DNA of 64,000 bases from an uncultured delta proteobacterium (lineage in GTDB: Bacteria; Desulfobacterota; RBG-13-43-22). How positions within the stretch are numbered: position 1 is the stretch's first letter; each line of letters opens with the position of its first letter. The position numbers were made by a program, and so were the translations under genes. Shown in pieces: positions 1 to 9,456 of the stretch. Below the pieces are notes generated by a model. The model was not told where the DNA came from. It saw only the letters and a program-made list of their open reading frames with translations, and did no database searches. Location of the stretch: positions 1 to 64,000 of the forward strand of contig CAWJJC010000017.1 in NCBI GenBank assembly GCA_963843145.1, given 5' to 3'.

Positions 1-528
1 AATCGTCTCCACCATATCGTACCTTTTATTGGGAGAGTATTCCCTTTACGAAAAACAGGTCCCTACACGGGTCGATTCGCCGGCCCATATCGGTGATTTT
101 GCCGTGGATCTTATGGGTCATATTTCGGTCAAAGAGGCTTTCCCGGCGGACAGAAAAATTGAGACCATTCCCCTGGACATGCATTTTGATGAAATTGTTC
201 AAACGATCGTCACCTCCCATCAATCCAATTTTCCGGTCATGGATGAGGATGGTCGATTGAGCGGAATTCTTTCCTTAACCGATATGCGTCAGGTCCTCTT
301 GGAAAAGGAACTGCATAACCTGGTCATAGCCAAAGACGTCGCCACGGAAAAGGTCATTACCATAACGCCTGAGGACAGTCTGAATGCGGCCCTGAAAAAG
401 ATGGCGGGGCCGAGATCAGGGAATTACCGGTAGTCAGTCGGGAGGATTCCCGAAAATTGATCTCCATGGTCAGCCGGAAGGATATCCTCCGAACCTACTA
501 TAACAGTATTGAGGAACTTAAGAAGGTG
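1..528 (+). CDS. C-terminal part of a ClC-type chloride channel with tandem CBS domains (5' end outside window; apparent frameshift near 405-410)
   Basis: Frame reads IVSTISYLLLGEYSLYEKQV...SHQSNFPVMDEDGRLSGILSLTD (CBS). After the G-run at about 406 another frame continues EIRELPVVSREDSRKLISMVSRKDILRTYY to TGA at 526-528. Confidence 0.75.
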
Positions 529-623
529 AACCAGTAAGGTGCGGTCATAAAAAGAACCATCGCGAGAAAGAAACGGACGTCCCCCATTTTCACGGGGCAT
601 TTTCAGGTCCCCCAATGGCCGTG

Positions 624-1298
624 TTATTTCAGGTAATGCTCGATGTAATGCCGGACCTCCTGTCTGGAATTAAAAATCCCGAAATGCCCTTCACAGAGGA
701 TATCAGCTTCCAGCTCCAGGAGCCGGAGCATCGATTCCCGCCAATCGTCCAGGTCCGCTCCGAATTCTTCCAGAAAGGGGCCGTGGATGTCCTGGCCGAA
801 GAGGATCCGCTGTCCGTCGCGATCCAAATAGGGGGAAATGGATCCGGGAGTGTGCCCGGGGGTGTGGAGGCAGATGATCTTCTCTTCGTTCCCGACAGGG
901 ATTTCTTCGTTGGCCCCGGTTAATACCTGATCCACCATTAAAGGCGGCAAGGTTACGCCGTACCAGGACGCCCCGGTGCGGATCTGGTCGCCCAGCTCTA
1001 TGGCTTCCCGGTCCCCCTGGTGGGCTACGATCCGGCACCCGGTTTTGTCCCGAAAAAAGGCGGCCCCTCCGATATGGTCCACGTGGCCGTGAGTCAGGAT
1101 GAGCACGGAAATGGTGCCGGGTTCCACTCCCAGGTCGAGGATATTCTTCCAGATAATCTCGGATCCCCAACCCGCTCCGGCGTCAATCAGAACAGCTTGG
1201 TTAAGGCCTCGAACCAGGAATACCGAAGCATCGTGTTCGTGGGATATTTCCGAGCCGCCAACCTGATAGACGCTTCTGGTCACCTCTATTCGGCCCAT
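624..1298 (-). CDS. MBL-fold metallo-hydrolase
   Basis: THGHVDHIGG motif, HTPGHTPGS, CEGH. Start at MGRIEV after a GAGGAGG RBS. Confidence 0.9.
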   Translation of the reverse strand: MGRIEVTRSVYQVGGSEISHEHDASVFLVRGLNQAVLIDAGAGWGSEIIWKNILDLGVEPGTISVLILTHGHVDHIGGAAFFRDKTGCRIVAHQGDREAIELGDQIRTGASWYGVTLPPLMVDQVLTGANEEIPVGNEEKIICLHTPGHTPGSISPYLDRDGQRILFGQDIHGPFLEEFGADLDDWRESMLRLLELEADILCEGHFGIFNSRQEVRHYIEHYLK

Positions 1299-1496
1299 TT
1301 TTCCTCCTCTGCAATGAGTATCTTTTTGGGCTTGCCGGTACGGGTTGGTCCTGAATATCTTGGTGGTGCCTCGATCTCCCGGCACATGAGATGATGCAGG
1401 GTCTCAGGGGCTTGGTTTCCGTTGAACCATGACTTCCTCTTAGATGCCCATATCGGAGGGATAACTTCGTTTGAGATTTTAAAGATTCATCATAAA

Positions 1497-2372
1497 TCAA
1501 GAGGATTTTTTGGTAGACCATCCTTCGTCCCAAGGTAAGGAGGCGTAATATTCTTCAACAAGTTGGAAGACCTCATCAAAAGGGGGGAGCTCACCCTCGA
1601 TCTCCTGGGCCAAGTTATTATATTCAGCTTTTGACCTTCTAATAATTTCTTCGTCATTCAAAGTGTTTTTATCAACTTTCAAATTCCGGGATCCGGCTTT
1701 AATAATTAATGAGTTATGAATTAATTTCTTTAATTCCTGGTCTTCCAAATCACCATTCTTTAAAAGCCAATAAATATCAAAGGCATCTTGTCTTCTAATG
1801 CGGTTTCTGGATTTCTGTTGAATGATGGCCCGATATTTTTCGCCTACTAGATCTGAAATACTATAAGTTTTAATCTTTCTTCCATTTTGAAATTCAAAGA
1901 GATCAATTTCTTGACTTATTTCATTATAACTATAATCAATCCTCAGTACTGTTAGGCATTTTCCTTCCAACAATCTCTTGTGGCTTTTGGAACCCTTGGA
2001 GGCATATCCAATTTTTAAGGTTAAGGTAGGAAAGGACGAATTTTCTCGAGAGGGATTAAGTGAGGATGATTGGATCCTGCATTCTAGTCCATAATCCAAA
2101 AGCTCAGTGGCAAGTAAAAGGTTTTTTTCTAATATGCTTTTAAATTTCACTTCATTATTGGTATCGTATTGCTCTGATGTTGAGAAATCAATATCGCGAG
2201 TAAGTCTTAAACCCTTAAACCTTATCGCCAACAATACCCCACCCTTCATGACCATTTTAGTCTGCAAATATCTGGAGTTAGAAACGGCTAGTAATACTGT
2301 ATGAACTGCCTGGCGGAACTCTTTAATGGCCGAATTATTACTCCTAGTTATCCATTCTTCAATATTCGACAT
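1497..2372 (-). CDS. abiEii: Type IV TA toxin, AbiEii/AbiGii-family nucleotidyltransferase
   Basis: MKGGVLLAIRF...RLTRDIDFS (GG and DxD motifs), EKYRA, R.QDAFDIYWL. Confidence 0.9.
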   Translation of the reverse strand: MSNIEEWITRSNNSAIKEFRQAVHTVLLAVSNSRYLQTKMVMKGGVLLAIRFKGLRLTRDIDFSTSEQYDTNNEVKFKSILEKNLLLATELLDYGLECRIQSSSLNPSRENSSFPTLTLKIGYASKGSKSHKRLLEGKCLTVLRIDYSYNEISQEIDLFEFQNGRKIKTYSISDLVGEKYRAIIQQKSRNRIRRQDAFDIYWLLKNGDLEDQELKKLIHNSLIIKAGSRNLKVDKNTLNDEEIIRRSKAEYNNLAQEIEGELPPFDEVFQLVEEYYASLPWDEGWSTKKSS

Positions 2373-2381
2373 ATTTTTAAA

Positions 2382-3275
2382 TTATTCCAAATTGAGAGAT
2401 AAACTCCAACGTTTTGAATAGGTAGAACTAAACTCCCCAGTAGAGTCCAATTTCCGTGATCCTCCTCTTTGGGCAAAATTTGCCCATTTCTCTATTACGT
2501 CATCCTTAATATCGCAAACCTTCTCTAACAAATATCCGACACGGATTTTTTCAATTTGATTTCCATGCTGATCAACTTCATCAATAATCAGTTTATTATA
2601 AGGGGAGCCAAATTCTTTAAAAACTTCCATAACATGTCTCATCCCTCCACAGTAACCTGGTTCCCGAACCATATCCAAAAAAGTCCTGCCTATGGTCGAA
2701 ACTCTGGTTTTTCTATCTTTAATTGTCTTAAAAGCACCCCAATGGATACTTGAATATCGAACTACCGGACTCTTATTTAATTTATCAAATTTAATTCTTA
2801 CTAGCCGTGAAAAACCTTTGTTTAGATACTCTTTCAAGGATCCCCGACAATCCTTTTTCATCTTTATTAAAGCGAACTCTGCCCATTTTTTGGGAGGAGG
2901 AGTGGAAATGTAAAGCGTATTAGGAATTCTATCGGTAATTCCATGGAAGGCCATGGCGCTGAGATGGGAAATATAAGCAAAAGGATCTACCGAGCAGGCG
3001 ATATCACTGATGTCAAAACCTTTTTTTCCAATTATTTTAAAGACTTTCTCCCCGGGAAAGTTTTTGTGGGGGATTATTATCCCTAAACTAGTGATTGTTT
3101 TTAGTTCGTCATCTACTTGGTCCTTCATCTTAGATTGAGATAATGGTACTAATTGGCCCCCCTCATTTTTTTTCTCCAAAAGGGTATTAAAAATAAACAT
3201 ATCCAATTCATAGTTGGATATGACCGGTTGATCTAATTCTCCTAAGTGGAGGGCTATTGCTCTTGATAAGTCCAT
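2382..3275 (-). CDS. abiEi: Type IV TA antitoxin / transcriptional regulator, AbiEi family
   Basis: AYISHLSAMAFHGITDRIP and VSTIGRTFLDMV motifs. Lies directly upstream of abiEii. Confidence 0.85.
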   Translation of the reverse strand: MDLSRAIALHLGELDQPVISNYELDMFIFNTLLEKKNEGGQLVPLSQSKMKDQVDDELKTITSLGIIIPHKNFPGEKVFKIIGKKGFDISDIACSVDPFAYISHLSAMAFHGITDRIPNTLYISTPPPKKWAEFALIKMKKDCRGSLKEYLNKGFSRLVRIKFDKLNKSPVVRYSSIHWGAFKTIKDRKTRVSTIGRTFLDMVREPGYCGGMRHVMEVFKEFGSPYNKLIIDEVDQHGNQIEKIRVGYLLEKVCDIKDDVIEKWANFAQRGGSRKLDSTGEFSSTYSKRWSLSLNLE

Positions 3276-3279
3276 TTAT

Positions 3280-3330
3280 TTTTGAAAGATAGGTTATACG
3301 TCCTATGGACGTATAACCTATCTTTCAAAA
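3280..3330. repeat. Perfect inverted repeat, 24-bp arms with 3-nt spacer (probable AbiEi operator 1)
   Basis: TTTTGAAAGATAGGTTATACGTCC-TAT-GGACGTATAACCTATCTTTCAAAA. Confidence 0.9.
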
Positions 3331-3338
3331 TATGTCAA
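3310..3338 (-). promoter_or_regulatory. Sigma70-like promoter of the abiE operon
   Basis: Minus strand TTGACA-17 nt-TATACG. The -10 box and spacer lie within operator 1. Confidence 0.6.
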
Positions 3339-3361
3339 CTATAAAAAAGCTTGACAAATTA

Positions 3362-3414
3362 AGTATACTGTGATATTAAAACGTCCTTAGGACGTTTTAA
3401 TATCACAGTATACT
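3362..3414. repeat. Perfect inverted repeat, 26-bp arms with 1-nt spacer (probable AbiEi operator 2)
   Basis: AGTATACTGTGATATTAAAACGTCCT-T-AGGACGTTTTAATATCACAGTATACT. Confidence 0.9.
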
Positions 3415-3737
3415 ATAAATAAACTCATTTTTTCTTTAATTTAAACTACTTTCCTTTTCAAACCGGTACCCAATGCTCTTTTAGCCTTTAATCAATTCCT
3501 GAAACATTCTCATAAGCAAAGGTCAACGTCCTCGGGAAGGCGGATCGATACCTGCTGTTGTCCACGGCCCTGGTGCTCCATCTCCAGGAAACCCGGTAAG
3601 CGGACCGGCGGAATCTTTGGAAGGGACAGGTCAAAAAATCGGTTGTCTGGTTGCGAGATCAGCTTGCGCGAACCCTGTCTTTGAAGGTCGGAAACTGAAG
3701 AGCTGAATTGTAGCTTTCTTCAAAGAAGGCAGGTCAG

Positions 3738-4110
3738 ATGATTAAAATCAGAATCATTTCCGGGGGGTTGACCGGGCCGCCTTGGACGTGGTCCTTGCCC
3801 TGGGGCTTCCCTCTGGTGGGTGAATCCCTAAAGGCCAGCGCGCCGAAAACGGGACGATCCCGGCGAGGTATCCGCTGCGAGAAATGCCATCCTCGATGTA
3901 TCCGATCAGGACGGCCAAGAATGTCCGGAAAGCTGACGAAACGTTAAGTCTAACAGCGGGCGCCCCTACCGGTGGGACTACCCTAACCGTAAAGCTGGCC
4001 AAGAAGCACCGCAAACCATTCCTTGTGTTAACCCTGGACCACGGCGGGGATCCAGACGCCGTCCGCGAGTGGATCGGGGAAAATGAAATCAGTATCCTGA
4101 TTTTTCGGCC
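3738..4110 (+). pseudogene. SLOG-superfamily putative molybdenum-carrier-like gene, disrupted
   Basis: IISGG / frameshift / VDRAALDV...GG*IPKG...YPLRE...RTAKNVRKAD...TGGTTLT. Contains a frameshift, an internal stop at 3821 and a 3' truncation. Confidence 0.7.
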
Positions 4111-4592
4111 AGGCTATCCCAAATCATCCCCTGGTTCGACCGGAAGCCACTCTCCTCCCGGAGACTTTTGGACACCTCCCGCTGGTGGTCCCGCCTCAGG
4201 CTGAAGTGCATGATCTTTTCCCCGGAGTCGAAATTTCTGGATTTGTAGTTCCAGCGGCCATGCTCGACGCAACTTACCGGGATGACCACCTCCGAATTGG
4301 GGCCGATTAGAAAAGTGGCGTTGACGATTCGGTTCTGTTTGGCCCCCTTCAGTTCCTCGCCGTCCAGGATAAAAATTTTAGACTCCGAGTGGTTGACGAG
4401 TTTCAGTTCCGGTACCTGGCCGCCCTCGCTGACCTCGGTGATGACCACCGCCTCCGCCTTGAGGGCCTCCTCCATCGTCAGGTAGTCCGGTTCACCGGAT
4501 TCGGGGGTCAGCAGGAGAAAGAGGACCAAATTCCGGTGGGTCTGGGCTTTGGCGAGCTTGACAATATCCAGGAAATCTTTGATTGGGTCCAT
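4089..4592 (-). pseudogene. ARPP-1 (DUF6569-like) domain gene, 3'-truncated
   Basis: ITEVSEGGQVPEL...LDGEELKGAKQNRIVN...IPVSCVEHGRW...NQGMIWD. The frame runs into the convergent SLOG remnant. Confidence 0.7.
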
Positions 4593-4798
4593 AGTGGTGC
4601 CTCCTTCAAGGTAATTTTGAGGCCAGTATAAACCCGGGGATTGTCAGATCAGGACAATCGGTTGATAAAAAAGATTAAAAAACTTACCAGAGTAATGGCG
4701 AGTTTTTGATTGCGATTGGGCTGTTGGTAATATAAATTTGATATTACATTGATAAAAGAGCGCTCAATGGAATCTCTTTGGGATAAAATTCTAAAAAG

Positions 4799-5056
4799 AT
4801 GGAAGAAGTGAAACGAAAGAAAAGAACGAAATTAATCCATGAAGGGGAATTCGTTGCTGAGGTGGAAGTGGACCTGCTGGAGACCGATGAAGGTTGGTCG
4901 CCCTATCTTTCCCTGGATGACGCCTATAAACTCGATGATGTCCGGGAGTCCCTGAGACGGGGTGATCTCCAATCCGCAGCCAAACTTGGACGGATTTTCC
5001 GGTTGAAACCGGCAACCATTCCATCCCGAGGAAAAAGCAAATCTCTCTCGATTTAA
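4799..5056 (+). CDS. Small conserved hypothetical protein (possibly an orphan antitoxin-like protein)
   Basis: KLIHEGEFVAEVEVDLLETDEGWSPYLSLDDAYKLDDVRESLRRGD; recognisable small family of unknown function. Confidence 0.6.
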   Translation: MEEVKRKKRTKLIHEGEFVAEVEVDLLETDEGWSPYLSLDDAYKLDDVRESLRRGDLQSAAKLGRIFRLKPATIPSRGKSKSLSI

Positions 5057-5275
5057 GCCATAAACTGGGACGCAGTTTCTGAATAAACTTGGCTCCTGTC
5101 TAACGGTTCCTCCTCCGGTTCGAAAAGCTCCCCCCCGGGAGAATCGCCGGCAATCCTGCTCATTCTTGAGGCGCTCAAAAACCGACGGATGGGCGGCCAC
5201 CAGGAGGACGGGACGTAGTTTCTGAGGGAACGTATGGAACCAAAGACGTTCTTAAATTCGTGGAATTAAATTGAC

Positions 5276-5559
5276 ATGGCCCGCAGGCACCCTGAGGATA
5301 TCGATGGTCTGGAAGGCCCTAAGAGGGCGAGCGGAAGGTCTTTTGTTTCCTCCGGGAAGCATCCCGACCGGACCAGGATTTTATCGGCGGGTATGAGCCT
5401 ACTATCGGGGAACAGGGCAGGGAGCCCGACTTCGTTCTCTTCGGCAAACAACTCGGCCCGAGGGTACTTGAAGTCAAGGACTGGCTGATCGACCAGATCG
5501 AGGAGGCCGCCCCCCGAACCAGTCCCGACCGGCAAGCTAAATACAGCGTTCACCGCTAA
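5276..5559 (+). pseudogene. N-terminal NERD (PD-(D/E)xK) nuclease domain remnant
   Basis: After a frameshift near 5320 reads EGERKVFCFLREASRPDQDFIGGYEPTIGEQGREPDFVLFGKQLGPRVLEVKDWLIDQIEEA. Not in the ORF track. Confidence 0.7.
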
Positions 5560-5651
5560 GAAGCGAAGGACGCCGAGATGAAATATTTTTCAACCGGAGG
5601 GAGATACCGCCGGTCGAAAATTCCTTGGTCTTTTGATCCGCCGATTCACGT

Positions 5652-5969
5652 TTAAGGGTGGACATTACCGCCTGGTATATCCATCGCTTTGGAGAGTCTC
5701 GGCAGAGCCCTGATCATTTCCCCGGATTTCTGCTCGGCTAGACGCAAGTTCATAGAGCTTTTGCAGGTTCATCCAGAATTCCGGGCTCGTTCCGAAGAAA
5801 TGTCCCAGGCGCAAGGCCGTGTCCCCGGTCACGCGCGCTGGCCGTTCAGGATTTCGGTTATGCGGTTTGTGGGCACTTTAAGCTTGCGGGCCAATTCAGC
5901 CGCGCTCATGTCCAGCTCTTGAAGTTGTTCGGCGAGATGTTCGCCAGGATATATAGCACTACGTCCCAT
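5652..5969 (-). pseudogene. higA: HigA-family antitoxin with two frameshifts
   Basis: MGRSAIYPGEHLAEQLQELDMSAAELARKLKVPTNRITEILNGQR / VTGDTALRLGHFFGTSPEFWMNLQKLYE / RLAEQK. Confidence 0.85.
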
Positions 5970-5977
5970 AATCCACC

Positions 5978-6260
5978 TCAATGGTAATCGACGATTTCAA
6001 CATTGATCGGCCCCGGCGAACCCTTCGGCCACTCGAAGCAAATCCGCCATTGGTCATTGATGCGGATACTGTATTGGCCCTTACGGTCTCCCTTGAGGGC
6101 TTCGAGACGGTTGCCGGGCAAGTCCAGATCAAGCAGCGACGTAGCGGAGTCCAGTTGGTCAAGCTTCATTTCCGCCTTGTGCTTAAATCCCGTGAAGGCC
6201 TTGACCCGGTTGCCCTCGGACGAAATTTTGCGTTCGCTTATCTTTGAAGCTCACGATCAT
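5978..6260 (-). pseudogene. higB: HigB (RelE/ParE-like) toxin, frameshifted near 6220
   Basis: MIVSFKDKRTQNF / ...PGNRLEALKGDRKGQYSIRINDQWRICFEW...VEIVDYH. Confidence 0.85.
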
Positions 6261-6287
6261 GCGAACTCAATTTTTCACCCTTTATGC

Positions 6288-6304
6288 GTTATGTCAAGCA
6301 TAAC
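6288..6304. promoter_or_regulatory. Probable HigA operator overlapping the higBA -35 box
   Basis: GTTATG-TCAAG-CATAAC palindrome containing minus-strand TTGACA (6292-6297). Confidence 0.5.
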
Positions 6305-6482
6305 AGGAGACTTTCTATTCATGAACCCGTTGAGTTAGTAATACGGTACGTAGTTTCTATCCTGGGAAAAAGTAAGGCGGGATTTCTAATCCCTCGCCTC
6401 CCCTTCCCGCTTCTTGATCAGGTAAAAATCCAATTCCACCCGGGCAGCCTGGACCATATCCTAACCCTTTGGGACAACCAAG

Positions 6483-7970
6483 TCAGCAAGCCACTTCCCT
6501 GAGCTTTTCATAGAGCCTGACCATCCCAAGGGTGTCCATCCGGCAATATTCCAAGAGAGCCTTCCGGACCTTTTCAATTTCAGCAGGATCCCCGGCTTGA
6601 CACATTCGGAAATACCCCTCCATCGCCATCCCTCCATCGATAATTTCCATCCCTTGATAGCCCATGCCAGGGATCAAGGCCGGGAGGACCATCTTCTGGG
6701 AATACGACCCCTTCATTTCCCAGCGATAAATATCCCTGGTCCGGAACGGAACGGCCAAGTCCCGGAGATTGTCGATTATTTTCTCCAGGGCTTGGCGGTG
6801 TTCGGGGAACCAGTCGGCGAGTTGATTCAGGATAGTCTTCTCGAAGGAGGCATTGTAGGCCAGAACACAGGCGTTGTCGGGAATGTCACCAACCAGTTTT
6901 TCGACCAGAGGACGCCTTGGATCGGTCTTCGGTAGCGCCAGAAACTCGGAATGGCCCAAGCTTGAATCTTCCCCTTGAATGGAATGGAGGGAGTACTGAT
7001 AAGGGACCTGCTGGTACGGCCTGGTCCCGTCATAAATCGGGATGGCCGTCATGAAAGTTTCAAAATCAAGGAAGGAGAGGGGAAACCAGAGACTACTCAG
7101 GAATTCCTTTATTCCATCGAGGTTGACGAATTCCTTCTGGTCAAGGTAGGCCTCGACCTGGAGCAATTGGATCGGGGAAAGGCATTCTTTCGAGACATCC
7201 TCAAGCCGGATGAACCCCTGGCGGTATAAATCCCAAGGATTGGCGCCCCGCTTGACTAAATCCAAGACTGAATATTCCGGAATATGAGCCCAGCAGTGCC
7301 CCTGGAAATCGCAGGGATAAGGATCGGCACAATGCTCCCCGATATCAATGGCAGGAGGCCCACTAGCGAGTATTCCTCTCAGCCTGCCGATTTCCTCTCG
7401 GACCAAACCCTCCCTTTCGATTGCCATTTGGGTGACGTCTTCAAATAGGAACAACCGGTCCAAGGCCAAGGCCCCGTTTCTGACGTACTGGTTGTTGATA
7501 TAGACCAGGTAGGCTTTCCGGGCCGGCAGGCCCGAGTTTTTTAGAACGTAGTACTGGAGGGCAACATCGTTGAGGTAAACTTCCTTGATTCCGGTGCTCC
7601 CCTTGACTTCATAGAGGTCCCATTCCTCCCCGACCTTTCTCAGGATATCGGCCTTGACAAAAACTTTATCGAATTGAAAAGCGGGCTCGTAGAGGACTGG
7701 GGTCCCGACGGCTATTTCGGTCTGGGTCATTTTGAGCTGGCTATCGAGAGACATTCCATCGTAGGGGATTACCTTCCCTTCTGGGAAAAGGCCTTGGGCT
7801 ACTATTCCGACATTAGTTCCAGCCCGGAAAACCGCCTCCTGGGCTTCGGAAATTTCATCCCGCAAGTCGGGCTGAGTTTTATACAAGTAAAGAGATTTCG
7901 GGCATTGCAGTCCCCGGAGGAAAAGGCTTTTGCTGAGATAGGAGAGGTCTCTTTTTTTTGGGTTGTCCAT
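6483..7970 (-). CDS. DUF2779-domain protein (RecB/Cas4-like N-terminal nuclease plus RNase H-like C-terminal domain)
   Basis: LSKS...QCPKSLYL, ADIL...LYEVKGST, C..PYPCDF..HCW, FLDFET, YNASFEK, YCRMDT. Confidence 0.8.
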   Translation of the reverse strand: MDNPKKRDLSYLSKSLFLRGLQCPKSLYLYKTQPDLRDEISEAQEAVFRAGTNVGIVAQGLFPEGKVIPYDGMSLDSQLKMTQTEIAVGTPVLYEPAFQFDKVFVKADILRKVGEEWDLYEVKGSTGIKEVYLNDVALQYYVLKNSGLPARKAYLVYINNQYVRNGALALDRLFLFEDVTQMAIEREGLVREEIGRLRGILASGPPAIDIGEHCADPYPCDFQGHCWAHIPEYSVLDLVKRGANPWDLYRQGFIRLEDVSKECLSPIQLLQVEAYLDQKEFVNLDGIKEFLSSLWFPLSFLDFETFMTAIPIYDGTRPYQQVPYQYSLHSIQGEDSSLGHSEFLALPKTDPRRPLVEKLVGDIPDNACVLAYNASFEKTILNQLADWFPEHRQALEKIIDNLRDLAVPFRTRDIYRWEMKGSYSQKMVLPALIPGMGYQGMEIIDGGMAMEGYFRMCQAGDPAEIEKVRKALLEYCRMDTLGMVRLYEKLREVAC

Positions 7971-8113
7971 CGGCGGTCCTGATGCAAGATTATCTGGGTT
8001 TGCTCATGAAATCAAATTCTAAAACTTAATCCTCTTCCCGACAAACAACCCCAAAAACGAAGCCACCAAATTAAGGATTATGGCTACGACCGCCAAGGTT
8101 CTATTAATTCCCT

Positions 8114-8434
8114 TCACGGCTTCCCTTCCTCCCGTCTGGAGTATTTCCGGGCCGCATTGAAAACTGCCCCGGCTGAACCCAAAACTCCGCCGACAACTCC
8201 AAAAAAGATCCATGAGGCGAAGGTCAACCCGGCCACGTCACCGGTATCGGAAAGTATCCCAGGGTAAGGAGGGTTAAATATCAGGCCATGGCCGACACCG
8301 ATTATGATCCCGGCCAACCCACCACCTGCAATCGCTTTACCGAAAGTTTTGGCCACTTGGGGGATAAAGGCGGCGAAATACCCGGTGACCAGACCCAACA
8401 ATACGGTGAGAATCATTAGGCTATAAAATCGCAC
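8114..8434 (-). CDS. Small hypothetical membrane protein
   Basis: Three Gly-rich hydrophobic segments. Confidence 0.5.
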   Translation of the reverse strand: MRFYSLMILTVLLGLVTGYFAAFIPQVAKTFGKAIAGGGLAGIIIGVGHGLIFNPPYPGILSDTGDVAGLTFASWIFFGVVGGVLGSAGAVFNAARKYSRREEGKP

Positions 8435-8581
8435 GGATTGAAGGGAATTCTTTTGGGAAATTGGCCATTTCCATAACTTATCGGAAGGTTTGAGGAAATT
8501 ATTAACTGCTTAAGGGCCTTCACTTGATATGCTCGACATAGGCCCCTTCTTCCCAATCAAATATTCGGCAATCAGCCGGCA

Positions 8582-9286
8582 GTGGCAGTTGGCAACCCGT
8601 TCTTCTGCTCAAAGGAGGCAGAAAGGCCGAAGCGTCGCGGCTCACCAGCCCACCAGGAGGTCACCGACTTGATTGAGGAGGGATTTATATCGGGCTTCCC
8701 AATCGGGATATTCCCGGAAAATGTTCCCGAGTTCGATTACTTGAAGCCTCTCCTGACAATCTGGTTCCTGACCGGATGGAGTTACGTAGAATACGTGGGC
8801 CCCAAATGGAGCCAGGTAAAATTAGAGGAAGGGATCATGCGGCTTGAACCGGGGGAGACCAAAAACGGCAAAGGTCGGACCCTATTCCTGGAACCCGAAT
8901 TGATGGACCTTTTTAAGGACCTTCTCCGAAACCGTCGGTTGGATTGCCAGTTAGTCTTCCACAGAGATGGAACAAAGATTGGTGATTTTCGGAAGTCTTG
9001 GAACACGGCCTGCGAACAGGCGAAGATTCCCAAGATGCTGTTCCACGACTTGAGGAGAAGCGAAGTCCGGAATATGATCCGGGCCGGGATACCCGAAACC
9101 GTGGCCATGGCCATCTCCGGTCATAAAACCAGGGCGGTCTTCGACAGGTATAACATTACGTCGGATGAGGACCTTAAGGATGCCGCAAAGAAGAGGCAGG
9201 CCTTTACCGAGAGCCAGGGGCGACAGGTACGTTTTAGCTACGTTTTACCGAATTCAAGGGAGAAGGCAAAAGAGGCTGCTGGCTAA
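8582..9286 (+). pseudogene. Tyrosine integrase, C-terminal remnant
   Basis: ETKNG, FHDLRR, SGHKT, FDRYNI present. The box I Arg reads TGWS instead of TGWR, and the N-terminal domains are absent. Confidence 0.85.
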
Positions 9287-9298
9287 GTAGTTGATTTT

Positions 9299-9386
9299 TG
9301 GTGCCTGGGACCGGAATCGAACCGGTACAGCCACGAGGACCGAGGGATTTTAAGTCCCTTGCGTCTACCTATTCCGCCACCCAGGC
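9299..9386 (-). tRNA. tRNA-Leu(TAA)
   Basis: GCCTGGG acceptor stem, anticodon loop CTTAAAA, long variable arm, GGTTCGATTCC, encoded CCA. Confidence 0.97.
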
Positions 9387-9456
9387 ACCTGCCGGTTTAA
9401 TCTGAACTTTTTGATCAACCGGCTGATTGTTTTCATTGGTTGTTTATCAAAATATG

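Larger units (their letters stand above)
1440..9298. mobile_element. Degraded genomic island at the 3' end of tRNA-Leu(TAA); left boundary approximate
   Basis: Tyrosine integrase remnant abuts the tRNA 3' end. AT-rich AbiE segment; TA, nuclease and pseudogene cargo. Confidence 0.75.

Noticed and set aside
1364-1371. TGGTGCCT as the att duplication of tRNA-Leu
   Set aside because: Only 8 bp match. The same octamer also occurs near 4597, so it is too weak to fix the island boundary.
3821-3823. In-frame TGA in the SLOG remnant as a second selenocysteine
   Set aside because: It aligns to the Trp of the GGW.PKG motif, not a Cys, and the gene is also frameshifted and truncated.
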